A DNA stretch of 62,545 nucleotides, filler included, from Rhabdomonas costata (Eukaryota): the NCBI GenBank assembly GCA_019059605.1. It is 42 parts of 42 records of this genome, joined end to end, with 100 filler letters (N's around TTAATTAATTAA, not from the genome) between each part and the next. Parts side by side here need not be neighbours in the genome. Positions count along the whole stretch, not along the records: positions 37,295 to 38,685 come from JAHMHO010017311.1; positions 38,786 to 40,177 come from JAHMHO010017312.1; positions 40,278 to 41,669 come from JAHMHO010017313.1; positions 41,770 to 43,161 come from JAHMHO010017314.1; positions 43,262 to 44,652 come from JAHMHO010017315.1; positions 44,753 to 46,144 come from JAHMHO010017316.1; positions 46,245 to 47,635 come from JAHMHO010017317.1; positions 47,736 to 49,126 come from JAHMHO010017318.1; 34 more parts are not named here. One strand, 5' to 3'. Made by a program: the position numbers and the translations under genes. Of this stretch, positions 37,295 through 49,226 are shown piece after piece (within the stretch, counting starts at the first letter, position 1; each line of letters opens with the position of its first letter). A model generated the notes under the pieces. The model was not told the DNA's origin. It saw only the letters and a list, made by a program, of their open reading frames with translations, and did no database searches.

Positions 37295-38578
37295 GTGGGG
37301 GGGGGAGCGAAGGGGTCTTCGCGGAGGACGTGCAGCAACTCCCGCAGCGCCGCAGCCTGCCCCGAGCTCACCCCTCCCCTCACCAGTGCCCGTCGGGCTT
37401 CAATTGAAAGCCCACTCACCCACCCCACCGCCGCGACAGGGGACACAATGCGGGACACGGCCTGCACCACGGCCACGCTGCCCCGGGACACTGCGTGAAG
37501 CAGCAGCTTTTCTCGCTGCGAGGGCAGGAGGTAGCTCAAGTCCGCCGTGCGGCGGGCGAGGTACAGCGCGGAGCCCGCGCCGCCCTGGGGCAGGGACAGG
37601 GCAACCTGAGAGTGCAATGCAATACACCGCAAAACCGTTTCTTTGATTTACTATTCTTTTGAAATGTTACACTGAACCCGTCCAAGTGTGATGAAATCAA
37701 TCGTTGCAAATGGCCGAATCTCAGCAGCAAGAGATATTACTCGGGCACGTTGGGCGAAGGAGACTGTCGGACAACTCGAGATTCTCCTTCACATGCAGAA
37801 GACGTTGTTGGATGAAGATCTCCTGGAAGGCCATGTGCGGAATCAGCACAGCGCATGTTGTGGCCAATCAAAGGAATACGGCCGTGGGCAGAGCTGTGGA
37901 TCTGAACGGAATTCTCGCTCAAAAACGACAAAGGGAGGCGCTCGAAAAATCGGCTCCACAGGATCTTGGCTTCCTCCTCCACCTCGCGAGGTGAGAGCAG
38001 TGGTAATTTCTGGGAAAGAGCCAACGCAAGCAGATGTGCGTGGATGCCTGAAGCGCGGTATTGCCGTTGCCGTCTTTCTTGATCAGCTTCTCGTCTGTCA
38101 TCTGGCAGCACGCCAGCTGCAGGACGCTCTCGTTTTCCGCAATTCCCGCCGCGACGTGCACGACAGTGGTGCCGTTGTGGTGCTGGTTCACGCTCAGGCT
38201 ACCGTACATCACGCTGACGCTCGCCGTGCAGAACGCGATGACGTCAGTGTTCCGTCTCCTCTCGGTATCCGTCAGGGCAGTTGGCAGCTGCCTATATGTC
38301 TCAACCACGGTCTCCTCCAGGGTAATCAGGTCGACGGCTCCCAAGTCGCACTCCATGGCCTCCTGCAGAAGCAGCTTCAGTCCAAAGTCCGCCTTCTGTA
38401 CCACTCGAAGCTGAGTGCCGCACGGCAGCAGGACCTCCTCCTCCCCGGGAATCGCGGAGAGGGCCTGGATCAGCCGCCCCGTACGCACGGCGATCGCGTA
38501 GACCGTGCCAAAGGGCTGGCCTTTCGTGGAGCTCAGAAAGTCCCGCACAACCCGAGGGTGCCTGGAGGTGCTGCTGGG
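37295..38578 (-). CDS. R-S-E class ADP-ribosyltransferase domain fused to ankyrin repeats (exons 38578-38048 and 37605-37295)
   Basis: PSSTSRHPRVVRDFL..TVYAI..GRLIQALSAIPGEEEVLLPCGTQLRV supplies the STS and ExE motifs. It is followed by ankyrin motifs NGTTVVHVAAG, DGNGNTALQ/VALS and LLLHAVSRGSVAVVQA. Confidence 0.85.
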
Positions 38579-41500
38579 CTGTGGCAGAGAAACAGAGAGC
38601 CCCACATGGACTATGACACCGCGAAGAAGGAAGGACGACGGTGAAGGATAAAAGCTCAGAATGGTAATAACCAATCAAAAAAAACNNNNNNNNNNNNNNN
38701 NNNNNNNNNNNNNNNNNNNNNNNNNNNNNTTAATTAATTAANNNNNNNNNNNNNNNNNNNNNNNNNNNNNNNNNNNNNNNNNNNNGTCCGCCCCCAGCAG
38801 CACCACCGTGCGGGCAGAGGGCTCCTCAGGCAGCGGGTAGCTCACTTGCAACCCTTCCGCGGGTTGCGGGTGGGGGGAGCTTGCATTACCCTTCCACAAG
38901 GCAATCCCTGAATGATGAATGGGTAAGGGTGTGACGGCAAGGGTGCGCTTCTGACCCCTAAAAACGACCAACTACGGGAACACCAGAAGATCGCCACCTA
39001 AACCCCCAGTAAAAAGTATATTTGCATTCCGGGAATCGCCAGAAGGCGCGCGCGGTGGCGCGGCAGCTGGGACACATGGTGTAGCACCCGGGGGAAGCCG
39101 AGAGCGGCTCTGCACTATTGTGGAGGCAGCACAGTGAGTTTTGTGGGCACTGGCGGCCAAGAGGCGTCGGCGTGACGGGAGAGGCGGGGGGGGAAGTGGG
39201 TTTTGTTGCAGATACGTTGTGGGTGCCTTCGCTAAACCCTCCGCTGCGTGGGGCAAGAAGCAACACAAAAGGGTTACGAAAGAGCCGCCAAGAAGCACCA
39301 CCACCGGCCGAAGGTGAAAGGTCGGGACTCTCCTGACCCCAAGGACCCGCCACGCAGCGTTTCGGGACGCCTGCTGTAAATACAAAAGACCCAGGCCTGC
39401 TTCGCTTCGCCCTCTAAACGTTGTTTTGGTTGTGTTGTTCAATATACTGAGTGAAACAGAGAAATCGGAGGTTGCGAAGACAATATTTTACACATTTTAC
39501 ACATTTGGCAACGAGCGGAAAGCGCTTGTTGGAGGATGCATGTTGTTCATTTTTAGTTGGATCGGACTTTAAACGGCCTCTCATTGAACTTTGAGGTTTT
39601 TGGGATTTTGAAATCTTTTGGCCAACGTTGAATGGACGTTGCACTTTGAAGATTTTTGACCTTCTCGGCAGAAGGGCATTGAACTTTGAACGGGTGACAT
39701 TGAATTGAATTGAACCGAACCTCTTTGGTCCACATTGAACTTTGAGGGTTTTGCAAAACAGGGAGAGGAACGCGGATATCATAAAGGTCGCATTTGAGGA
39801 CAGTATGATCGAGGCATCCGGCAAATTTGGCGTCCACGCGCCACCAGTCAACAGACCGGGTACAGCCCTGCAGCCCGCTGACCGGTGCCGGTGTAGGCAC
39901 ACCGTTGGAACAGCAGCGCTCGCATTCCGGGTACATTGAAAAAAGAGAAGAGCAAATGGCCAGAGCAACCGGTGGAACCCACTTCGCTGGAGCCTCCAGG
40001 CCACCTCCTCATCCGTGCCTTGACAGAGGGGTGTCGCTCTTCGACCCTCTTCAACTTAGTGTGTCCTTCAATCAGGACTGCGGGCTGGTCGCCAGGCGGC
40101 GTGAAGGGATGAAATCAGCAAGCAATACTCTGACTCGTGCCAGCGTGCCACCGTTCGAGGCATCCAGGGGCCCCCACNNNNNNNNNNNNNNNNNNNNNNN
40201 NNNNNNNNNNNNNNNNNNNNNTTAATTAATTAANNNNNNNNNNNNNNNNNNNNNNNNNNNNNNNNNNNNNNNNNNNNGTGGTGGGTGTGTTTGGTTGTTT
40301 TTTTAGCATTTTGCCTGTTCTCTGGACGCAAAAAGGCAGTCATTCTTAAGTGTGAGTGCAATGTTACGTGGCAGGAAATGCGTGGTGAAGTTAGGCTTCG
40401 CTTGGATGGAGTCTGGGAGCCTCTCTCTTCTTCTCGCGTAATTCGTTGAAGATCTAAAAATCTGTAGACGCTCTGACTCGCCGCCTCCTCTGCAGGCCGG
40501 TGTGGACTCCTTTCTGCGCAAGCCCGTGAGCCGGGAGCGCCTTCTAGAGACCCTCCCAAGCTTGCTGGCCGAACTCGGCGCGCGGTCCGCACCGGTCTGC
40601 TGAGGTGTGACCGGCTTGCTTGGTGTGTTTTTGCGAAGCAGAGATGTTGAGAGAAGTTTTCGCTTTGGGTCGGATGCGCGATGCCGCCACCTCGACTGCA
40701 AGGCGCCATCACCACTCATTACCTTATCAGTCCAGCGATTATGAATCCTAGGTGGGGAATGCACAGGATAAGTTTGCACCCCAGTTTCGCCCCCACCCCA
40801 TCCCCGCTGAGTAGTTGGTGGCGTCCCGATGTCGTATTTGTGGGCATGGGGTTTGGGTACTCTATCACCGACCGGCACGATTGAGGTTTTGACATTGCAG
40901 GATTGTTTTCAGTCAAGAAGTTGTTGTGGTTTCGGGTTCAATATTGGTGCTGGTGTAAAGACCTGGTGCGGAGTATTAGGCTCGATCCGCAATTGCCGCA
41001 AAAACCAATAAGGGTGGGCTTGACATTCTGTCAGTTCCCTCTGGATGAGCATGAGGCAGGGAGGGGGGGAAGTTGGGGAGGAATGACGCTCGCTTATCTG
41101 TGCTCAGTGTTCACGGGTGATGTATTATTTTGTATTAAGTACCCTCCCACTCACCCACGTTATATTACAAAAAGTTGGATTTGCCACCATGTTGTGGGTG
41201 TCACACCAAAGACGCCGGCAGAAAGCCCTCCAAGGGCCACCGCCTGGGTGCAAACGGCCTTGCCGCCTTTCGCATCTAATGTGCTGTCAAAAGTGGACCC
41301 GACGGACTGCACTCTCCTGCCCCTATTGCAATAGGAGAGTTTAAGTACCATTCGATTGTATTGAGCAGTCCACTTGTCGTTCTCGTTGATCATTGTGTTG
41401 TGTTTTGTCATTCAGCGGGGTTTAGCTTCCCTTCCGGTTCCCCCAGGAGACCTTTTTAAGGTGGTGTGTTGTCGTTTATTTTTTTGTTTTTTGTTGGCTT

Positions 41501-42333
41501 TTCTCGTTATCGTCTTCTCTGATGGATTCGTATTTTTTGCTCGTTTCTCTTCTCTGAATGGACGGGGCGTGTTCCCGAGGCCTGCGTTTTGCGTGGAAGG
41601 GCCCTTTTTCTCGGAAGGTTCCTTTTTTGTCCTCTTTTTCTTTTTCTCTTTTCTTTTCTTTTCTTTTCTNNNNNNNNNNNNNNNNNNNNNNNNNNNNNNN
41701 NNNNNNNNNNNNNTTAATTAATTAANNNNNNNNNNNNNNNNNNNNNNNNNNNNNNNNNNNNNNNNNNNNGGTTTTTGGGGCAATAGTATGGAATTATTTG
41801 AAGGTCGAGGCGAGTTCAAAAAAGAAACAAACAACACTGCAGACTAATGTCTTTGCACCCTTGCCGCCGCAGTGGAAAAAAATTAGGAAAAAGTGGTGGT
41901 GGGGGACGAATTGTTTCAGAAAGGGTCAATGCCAAACTTTTTCTCATTGTGAGATTTCTATTGATGTCGTTGTTTTGTTTTGCAGCCAAGATGCTGCCAC
42001 GGCCAACGAGGCATGCTTTGTGTGCTGCTCTTGTAGTTTGCCGTGTGGGCTTTTCACTGCGCCTTCCCGTATATTTTTTCTATTGTTTTCGCCAGTGCTG
42101 ATCTTGGGGCGAGAGTAACCCAGCCGAGCACGCCCACCACTGTTTTTACAGGGACACAGGAATTTAACTCCAGAAAAACTGCAAAACCTGCTGTTTTGAA
42201 AACCCGAACTTGTGCGTTTTGGGAATAAGCGTTGTTGAAGTTGATGAACACGCTCATACTCTCTTGCTCCAAGAAAGGAAAAATGCCCGCGAGCTCGTTG
42301 TTTGCTTTCGTGTTCATTTGCACTCACCCCCAG

Positions 42334-42951
42334 GAGCGCCGGACCCGCGGCTGCTCTCGTGGGCGGACTTCCTGCAGGGCTGGGTCCCAGGAACCTTTGA
42401 GCGCCCCGTGGACAGCTGCAGCGCCGCGGTGATCATGTACACCTCAGGTTGGTTGCTCGCAGATCCTTTCGATCCTCCGCTTTCTCCTTTTCCCGCACTG
42501 TTGTCATTGACTTCCTCTCGTCCCTCGTACTCCCTTTCTCTACCCTGTGAGTTAAACATGTGTTTCTTCTGGGTTAGTTCATTGAAAGGGCTTAGCCGAC
42601 GCAGTCCTGAGGTCCTGTGAAAACAGCTGGCCTCCTGAAACGCTGCGTGGCCGGCCCTTGGGGTCAGGAGTTTCCCGACTTTTCGCCATCGGCTGGTTGT
42701 AGTGCCCCTTGGCGGCTCTTTAATATTCCTTTTGCGGCGCTTCTTGCCCCTATACGATGGTACTCACAACATGTTTGCCTTTGTGGTTTGGCTTGATTTG
42801 TGGTTGGTGCCAAGTCTGTGGAAGAGCTCAGCTGTGCTTTTCGACTTTCCTGTGAGCTCATGCTTTCCGTATTTGCGCCTTCGCACTTGTTTCTCTTGAT
42901 TCAGGAACGACGGGCAACCCAAACGGAGTCATGCTGAGCCACCAAAACTTG
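42334..42951 (+). CDS. AMP-binding / long-chain acyl-CoA synthetase (exons 42334-42447 and 42905-42951)
   Basis: The spliced A3 motif AVIMYTSG/TTGNPNGVMLSHQNL spans a phase-1 GT-AG intron. Confidence 0.92.
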
Positions 42952-44114
42952 GTGTGCGCCGTCGCTTGACCTGGTGCCAGCTCAGATTATGAGAAAGTTG
43001 TTTCTGAGAAGCAATGTCACGTTATCTGCGACATTAATTCCAAAAAAGTGGTGCCCAGGGGCAGTAGCCTCGCTTTTCCTGGGAACCAAAGCAGTTGGGG
43101 CTGCGGTTGCGATTAACCACAGGCCATGGAACAATTCTCCAATTTTCATTTTTCCCAACCCNNNNNNNNNNNNNNNNNNNNNNNNNNNNNNNNNNNNNNN
43201 NNNNNTTAATTAATTAANNNNNNNNNNNNNNNNNNNNNNNNNNNNNNNNNNNNNNNNNNNNGGGGTGTGTTCTGGACGCTCTGAGGCTCTAGGACTATGC
43301 GTGGAGAGGTGGATGGCGGTGGGATACCCTTCAGGAAGAGGGGGCAGCCACACTGCCTGGGGGCAAATAATTCACATTTTGGATAGCGCCTCGACAGAGA
43401 AAGAAATCACCTGCGCGAGCCACGGTGAGCTCAGGACAGGTTTTCTGAACCATAGCACATCCGCAGGTGTGCAGAATTCCCGAAGATGACATACAAGCAG
43501 GGATAAAAGCATGCATTCACGTCTGCTAGCAACTGCAGGTCGACTGTCAACTGCAGGTGTCCTTCTATCTCCAGCGACGGAGAGTTAGATGATCCGAGAG
43601 GGTGCTGAATTCAATGCCGCCAACCATCCCGATACCCTAAGCCGCTTGTTTTCAAAAAGCATCTAAACACCACAAGTAAGCGCATCATCATCTTCCTCGC
43701 TTAAATACTTTACATGAAGAATGCATGGTTTCGACCTTTTTAATGCCAAATAAATAAATGGAAATGCTAGTGCCCAGTGAACAATGCAAGCGTGCTGATG
43801 GCAAAGCCCCCCTTCCCCCGTGGCAGCGTCATCCACTTAACTTCACCATCTCTACCTGGAACTTCAAAACTGGGGCAAATGACAGGGCGAAGAGGATCGA
43901 CGTAGGTGCTGTGTCAGTGTAATGTACATCGCAGACATCGTTGCCACGAATGCGCTTTATCAGCGAGCACAGAAGCCGCATACGCTTAAGACGGGAAAAA
44001 CGGTTTCATAAAGAATTAGGGATGAAGCTTTATTCACCGCACATGTCTCCGGCACAACCGCCGGGCAGTGTCGCAGGCTCGCGTCCCACCCCGAAACTCC
44101 ATCAATATCCCTAC

Positions 44115-44429
44115 CGTCAGCTCAACCTCGCCCTCCGCCAGCCCGCTCATCGGACTGGAGGACACCGAGCTGAAGACTCTGAGTTCCTGCAGCTGCCCCA
44201 AGGCAACGCTTCCCGCGGCAAGCAAGCAGGTCACCGAGGAGCGCAGGAAGCCCATCAGAGTAAGTGCGGCGAATACCACCCACAGAAACCTCAGCGGGAC
44301 CCCATCCAAGAGAAGCCCAAGGCTCCCCCACAGCAGGAGAAGGGACATGGCGAACCCGGCCGGAGCCAGGAGGTTCAGGAAGATGTTGGTGTCGTCCACG
44401 CTGAGCAGAATCTCGGTGCAGTTCTGCAT
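44115..44429 (-). CDS. Exon of a membrane protein with two or three hydrophobic segments
   Basis: AG/GT-bounded GC3-rich frame FLNLLAPAGFAMSLLLLWGSLGLLL..FLWVVFAALTLMGFL. Confidence 0.5.
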
Positions 44430-45211
44430 CTAAAGCCGATGGGAAGGTTCGATAGAAATAGAAACAAAACCGTTCTTCCCGAAACTAGGTGTTCAGCGAG
44501 TGCATCTCCTTACCTCCATACAGAATCCTCCCCATTCCGTTTCGTTCCATTCCGTTCCCCATGTAACCTCCTTACCGGTTTCCAACCGGGTATTGCAACG
44601 CGTTGTTCCTCCCTCCTGTGCAAAACAGCAGCCGAATGTGCGGTTTGTCCACNNNNNNNNNNNNNNNNNNNNNNNNNNNNNNNNNNNNNNNNNNNNTTAA
44701 TTAATTAANNNNNNNNNNNNNNNNNNNNNNNNNNNNNNNNNNNNNNNNNNNNCCTAGATGCCTCAGTGCAGAGCCCTCCTTCCCAGTCATGTCTGGAGCT
44801 TATTATTCGGGAGTGACGGAGTCGTGGACTTTCCCGTTTGGTTTGAGGTTGGCAAATTCAAGTGATGCTAGGCTTGAATGGGGGCCAAGTGTGGCTCACA
44901 CCCACGGGCTCGTGGGCGGAATTGCCTCTCTACTTTGGGTGTTGCAAGTATTTTTGTCTGCGGAGTTTTGTTCTATGTTTTATATGTTGAGTTTGGATTC
45001 TGTGACTGCCCGCTTTTGTCGAAGGGTTTGTAAATCTCAATTTGTTGTTGTTTTCTTTCATTTTCTTTCTTTCTTATTCTTCATTTCTTATTGTTTCTCA
45101 TCTTTTCTTTCTGGTTATATCCTACTTCGAGCCAGTCTGTGACCTTGGCGCCCTGAACGGATGCCGCGCAGTGGAAGAAACAAAGCAAAACAGCAAGCCG
45201 GGAGTGCCGCG

Positions 45212-45380
45212 CAGCCCAAGCCTAAGTCCAAGTCCAAGCCCAAGCCAGAGCCCAAGCCCGACTCCAATCCCGAGCCCAAGTCCCAGCCCAACCGCAAGGC
45301 CGAGCCCAAGTCGGAGCCCGAGCCCCAGCCCCAGCGTCAGCCCGAGACCAAGCCCAAATCCGAGCCCAAACCAAAGCCTG
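45212..45380 (+). repeat. Degenerate hexamer array (AGCCCA/AGCCCG) reading PK/PE or SP repeats
   Basis: Read directly. It lies within ORF 45161-45610. Confidence 0.8.
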
Positions 45381-46567
45381 AGGGGTTGCCTCTCACGCCT
45401 ACGGGCTCACTGGATGATTGGAATCCTTCCCCCATTTGGGATGTGACGCGCGAAGAGGCAGGAGACGATCTCCGGGAGCGTGGTATGGCCGACATATTCA
45501 CGTGTAGGGTGCGGGGGGGGCTATCTGAGTATATGGAAGGTCAAGGTCGAAATGAGCAGTACGGACCAGAGCGAGGTGGGCTCCTCCCCCGGCTCCGACA
45601 AAACTCATGATATGGGATGTACTTAAATAAGAAATGACGACCGAGACACGAGAAAGACCGGTATTTCCGTACGCACCATGTAAAGGACCCGACACAGAAT
45701 TCCAACCGTTTGTGCATTCTGATTCCGGTTTGTGAGACATCTGTGGAAAAGATACACACAGTGACGAGTAGATTATCCCCATCCCTTGCATGTGCAAGCG
45801 CAACAGGCTATGCAGAGCAAAGCCGAGGGTCCGCGCCACACCGTCCAAATCTCAGACACAACTGCAGCCATCTAGCGAAGCCGACACCCCACAGGTCCGT
45901 TTGCAGCTCCAATTCGTCAGCTGCAACCATCCACCGTCCACTGAATGTGAGCAGCCACGTCCTTCTGCCGCACTTGCACCCCGCATCTCTCGGCAAAATG
46001 CTCCCAACACTCGAACAAACAGCGTTGTCAATGCCTTCTCGTTCGAGCACCGACCGGACTTTTGATATCTACCGCCGGGCTTTTTCGATGTTCGGCCCCA
46101 GTTGGGCGCTCTTTCGAACGGCAATTTTGCACTACCCCAAAACCNNNNNNNNNNNNNNNNNNNNNNNNNNNNNNNNNNNNNNNNNNNNTTAATTAATTAA
46201 NNNNNNNNNNNNNNNNNNNNNNNNNNNNNNNNNNNNNNNNNNNNCCCTTGGAGAGGTGGGGTGAAGTGCCCAGGCTGGAATTGGAGCAGGCGCGGTTCGG
46301 AGCGGTATCCATCTTAACAAAACGGACGAAAGTCACCCAAGGAGGAGGAAGGAGAGAAGGTGTGGGAAGGGGGTGGGTGGGTGTCGGTATGCGCGCGCGC
46401 GTGCGTAATAATTCAAAGCCCTCTCCCCCCGCCCGGAACAGGACGGAAAACAGGCGTGGACAGGATGGAGAGGGGCGTTTATACAATAACCACACAATCG
46501 GATGATGGCACATTACAGAACCCAAAGTAAGCAGACAGGAAGGTGGGGTGGAGTGGGGTGGAGAAAC

Positions 46568-47557
46568 CTGGCAGCTGATGCCCCAGTACCCGGCCTGGCA
46601 CACGCAGGTGCCATCCCCGGTGCTGCCGTCGCGGCAAGCGCCGTGGCCAGCGCATATCTCGTCATCCACCGTGGGACACAGGCCGCTACACAGAGGGCCC
46701 CAGGCCCCAGAGAGGCAAGTGCACTGCCCCGAGCCGTCCTGTCCTTCGCTGCACGAGCCCGCCACGCACTCGGGGCAGCGTCCCGTGCAGCTCCACCCGA
46801 AGTATCCCGTCATGCCTTTGGAAAAGGAAGCCGACGAAAAAAACAAGAACACCACCCACACTCCTGATTCCAAAAATCTTTTCAATTGAGATTATCTCGT
46901 GGTGTAACTCTCGACAAAAGGTAGCGTAAACGGAACGGAAGCTCAAAAGTTCAAACGGCACCACAGAAGGGGATACAGCTTGTGGGCCAACGGCTGTGAA
47001 TGCAGCATGAGCTATTATCGATGATATCCCTTCTTGGGTGAGAAATGTGGAAATGAGTGAGTGGCGCGGGAGGTCGAGCCCCACTAAAGCCGGATCCTTG
47101 ATGATGCCAAGGGTCCATTTTGCATTGAGGGAGTGGGAATGTGAGAGGGGTGTTAAGCAGGGACACGCCGCGCGGGACACTGAGCATACAGGTGGTGCAG
47201 AGGGAACCATTCCAGAACCCAACGACAGTATCCTGGAAGCAGCTGCACTTGCCGTCGCCCGTGGAGCCGTCAGAGCATGTTCCTGAACAGAAAAGGCAAA
47301 TGCACTGAACACGACCCAAATACTCGACCACTGCTCAGAGCACCATATTTTTCCGTCGCTCCAATGCACAAAAATATAGCACAGCAAACAGGCAAGGGCG
47401 ACATTGTTTTCCATACTGGAAACACTGACCGACGCGGGGACCGAGAACGACGGAAGGCGATCGAGGAGGACATTGTGGGGAAAACCTTTTCCGCTACAAG
47501 GTGCGCCGTTGAACAAGCAGCTTTCCGAGCAGTTCGATCCGTAGTATCCAGGCTCAC
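46568..47557 (-). CDS. EGF/laminin-EGF-like repeat surface protein (exons 47557-47486, 47282-47190, 46815-46568)
   Basis: In-frame GT-AG splicing gives EPGYYGSNC..CSGKG/TCSDGSTGDGKCSC..GFWNGSLCTTC/MTGYFG..CAGHGACRDGSTGDGTCVCQAGYWGISCQ. Confidence 0.92.
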
Positions 47558-47790
47558 CTGCACACAAATATGGTATGCGGAGTTACAGGAGACGGAGACA
47601 GCACGTACACACAACCACCAAAAAAAAAAAAAACANNNNNNNNNNNNNNNNNNNNNNNNNNNNNNNNNNNNNNNNNNNNTTAATTAATTAANNNNNNNNN
47701 NNNNNNNNNNNNNNNNNNNNNNNNNNNNNNNNNNNCCCACCGCCGATATAACAACGTTTTACTCTATGCCACTGCCCCTTTAGGACGTAC

Positions 47791-48481
47791 CGGTGCCGGC
47801 GGCGCCTGTTGTGCAGGGCTGGCCAGGGTGGCCGGAAGGGGGCTGCTTCCTTGCTGCAGCATCCAGTTCATGAGCTGCAGCTTGCGGTTGACCTCCTGCT
47901 CGTGGGCAAGTTCCGCACGAAGCTCCTCCAGACTCCTGCGGCGCGTACGAGCACGGGCGAAAGAGCCCTTTCAGGGAAGAATGCAATCACAGCGGTGCAT
48001 ATTAAATCGCTGGGGGTGCTTTACCAGTGCAAAATTCGGGCCACCTTAGAGTTCAGCAATTTTCTTGGGACCGGTTGCGTTCCAGCACAACGTTATACTG
48101 TTGTTGGTTGATAGGTTTTCTGCAAAAGGACGCCAAACGTATCAAATCGGGAAAGTGCATGTTTGGATCTGGAAAGATGCCGCCGTGCAGGTACGACGAA
48201 CGAACAATCTGTGCACCCGCAGACCGATAATTTTCAAAGTCGGATGTGCAGCCAGGGCTTCCCATCTCACATGGAGCCCATAATGAATGAATAGCAAAAA
48301 AACAAATCACTTCTCCTGATTGCTTACCGGTTTTGGAAAAAGAAGAGAGAGAGGGGGGGGCATGCACTGAAAACACGTGGGAGGGGGAGACAAAATTATG
48401 CCGTTCGCTTTCGCCGCTTCTGTGCAGCTCCTGCGCATCAGCGTCGGCAGGGCTTTGCGGTTCCCTGGTAAGGCTCTCACC
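47791..48481 (-). CDS. Two exons of a coiled-coil protein; absent from the ORF track
   Basis: Exon starting at 47935 reads SLEELRAELAHEQEVNRKLQLMNWMLQQG and ends at a GT donor. The upstream exon reads ESLTREPQSPADADAQELHRSGESE. Confidence 0.45.
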
Positions 48482-49226
48482 TGAACAGTATATCACACCC
48501 CAAAAAGCAGCGTCACATCTTGGCACCCTTCCAGTTCCAGTTTTCGCTGACCCCATTGTTATTGCAGCTGAAATGGGCTACCACACGTATGTCTGCGAGA
48601 GCAGACATACAGAGCCATCTCATGCTCACACCAAAGTTGACGATGGGGAAGGGGGCACACTGTCCTTCCTCACTCTCCACCCCAAACAGAAGATGCGGGC
48701 ATACCAGTGGGAGCAGCGGTGCGTGCGTCCTGAAAAAGAAAAGAAAAGCAGGAACGTGACAGCTTTTCTGTGCGTTAGATGGAAAAGTAAGAGAAAAACC
48801 CAGACATTATTGGCAGGAAAAAACTTGATGACCGGCAACTCAATTCAAGCATACTCGGGATCGGTGATACATATGATTTGAAAGCAGTTGCTCGTGCACG
48901 CATTATACGAAAGCCACCGCGAGGTGGGAAGAGTGATATGTATCAACATCTGGTGTGCTCTTAGAGTGACTGGAGTGCATCCGTTTCTCCACCACATTTT
49001 TTCTTTTGACTTCCGGCATTGCTTTCATCCACTATCCCATTTCTGCTGTGCAGCAACCCCTTCCCATCGCAGCACCACGCGCACCGAGGCAAGAAGAGAG
49101 CTCACTCGATCCGCTTGGGCACCCGTNNNNNNNNNNNNNNNNNNNNNNNNNNNNNNNNNNNNNNNNNNNNTTAATTAATTAANNNNNNNNNNNNNNNNNN
49201 NNNNNNNNNNNNNNNNNNNNNNNNNN

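Noticed and set aside
37688-38644. 318-aa plus-strand ORF
   Set aside because: It is the antisense shadow of the GC3-rich ART-ankyrin exon.
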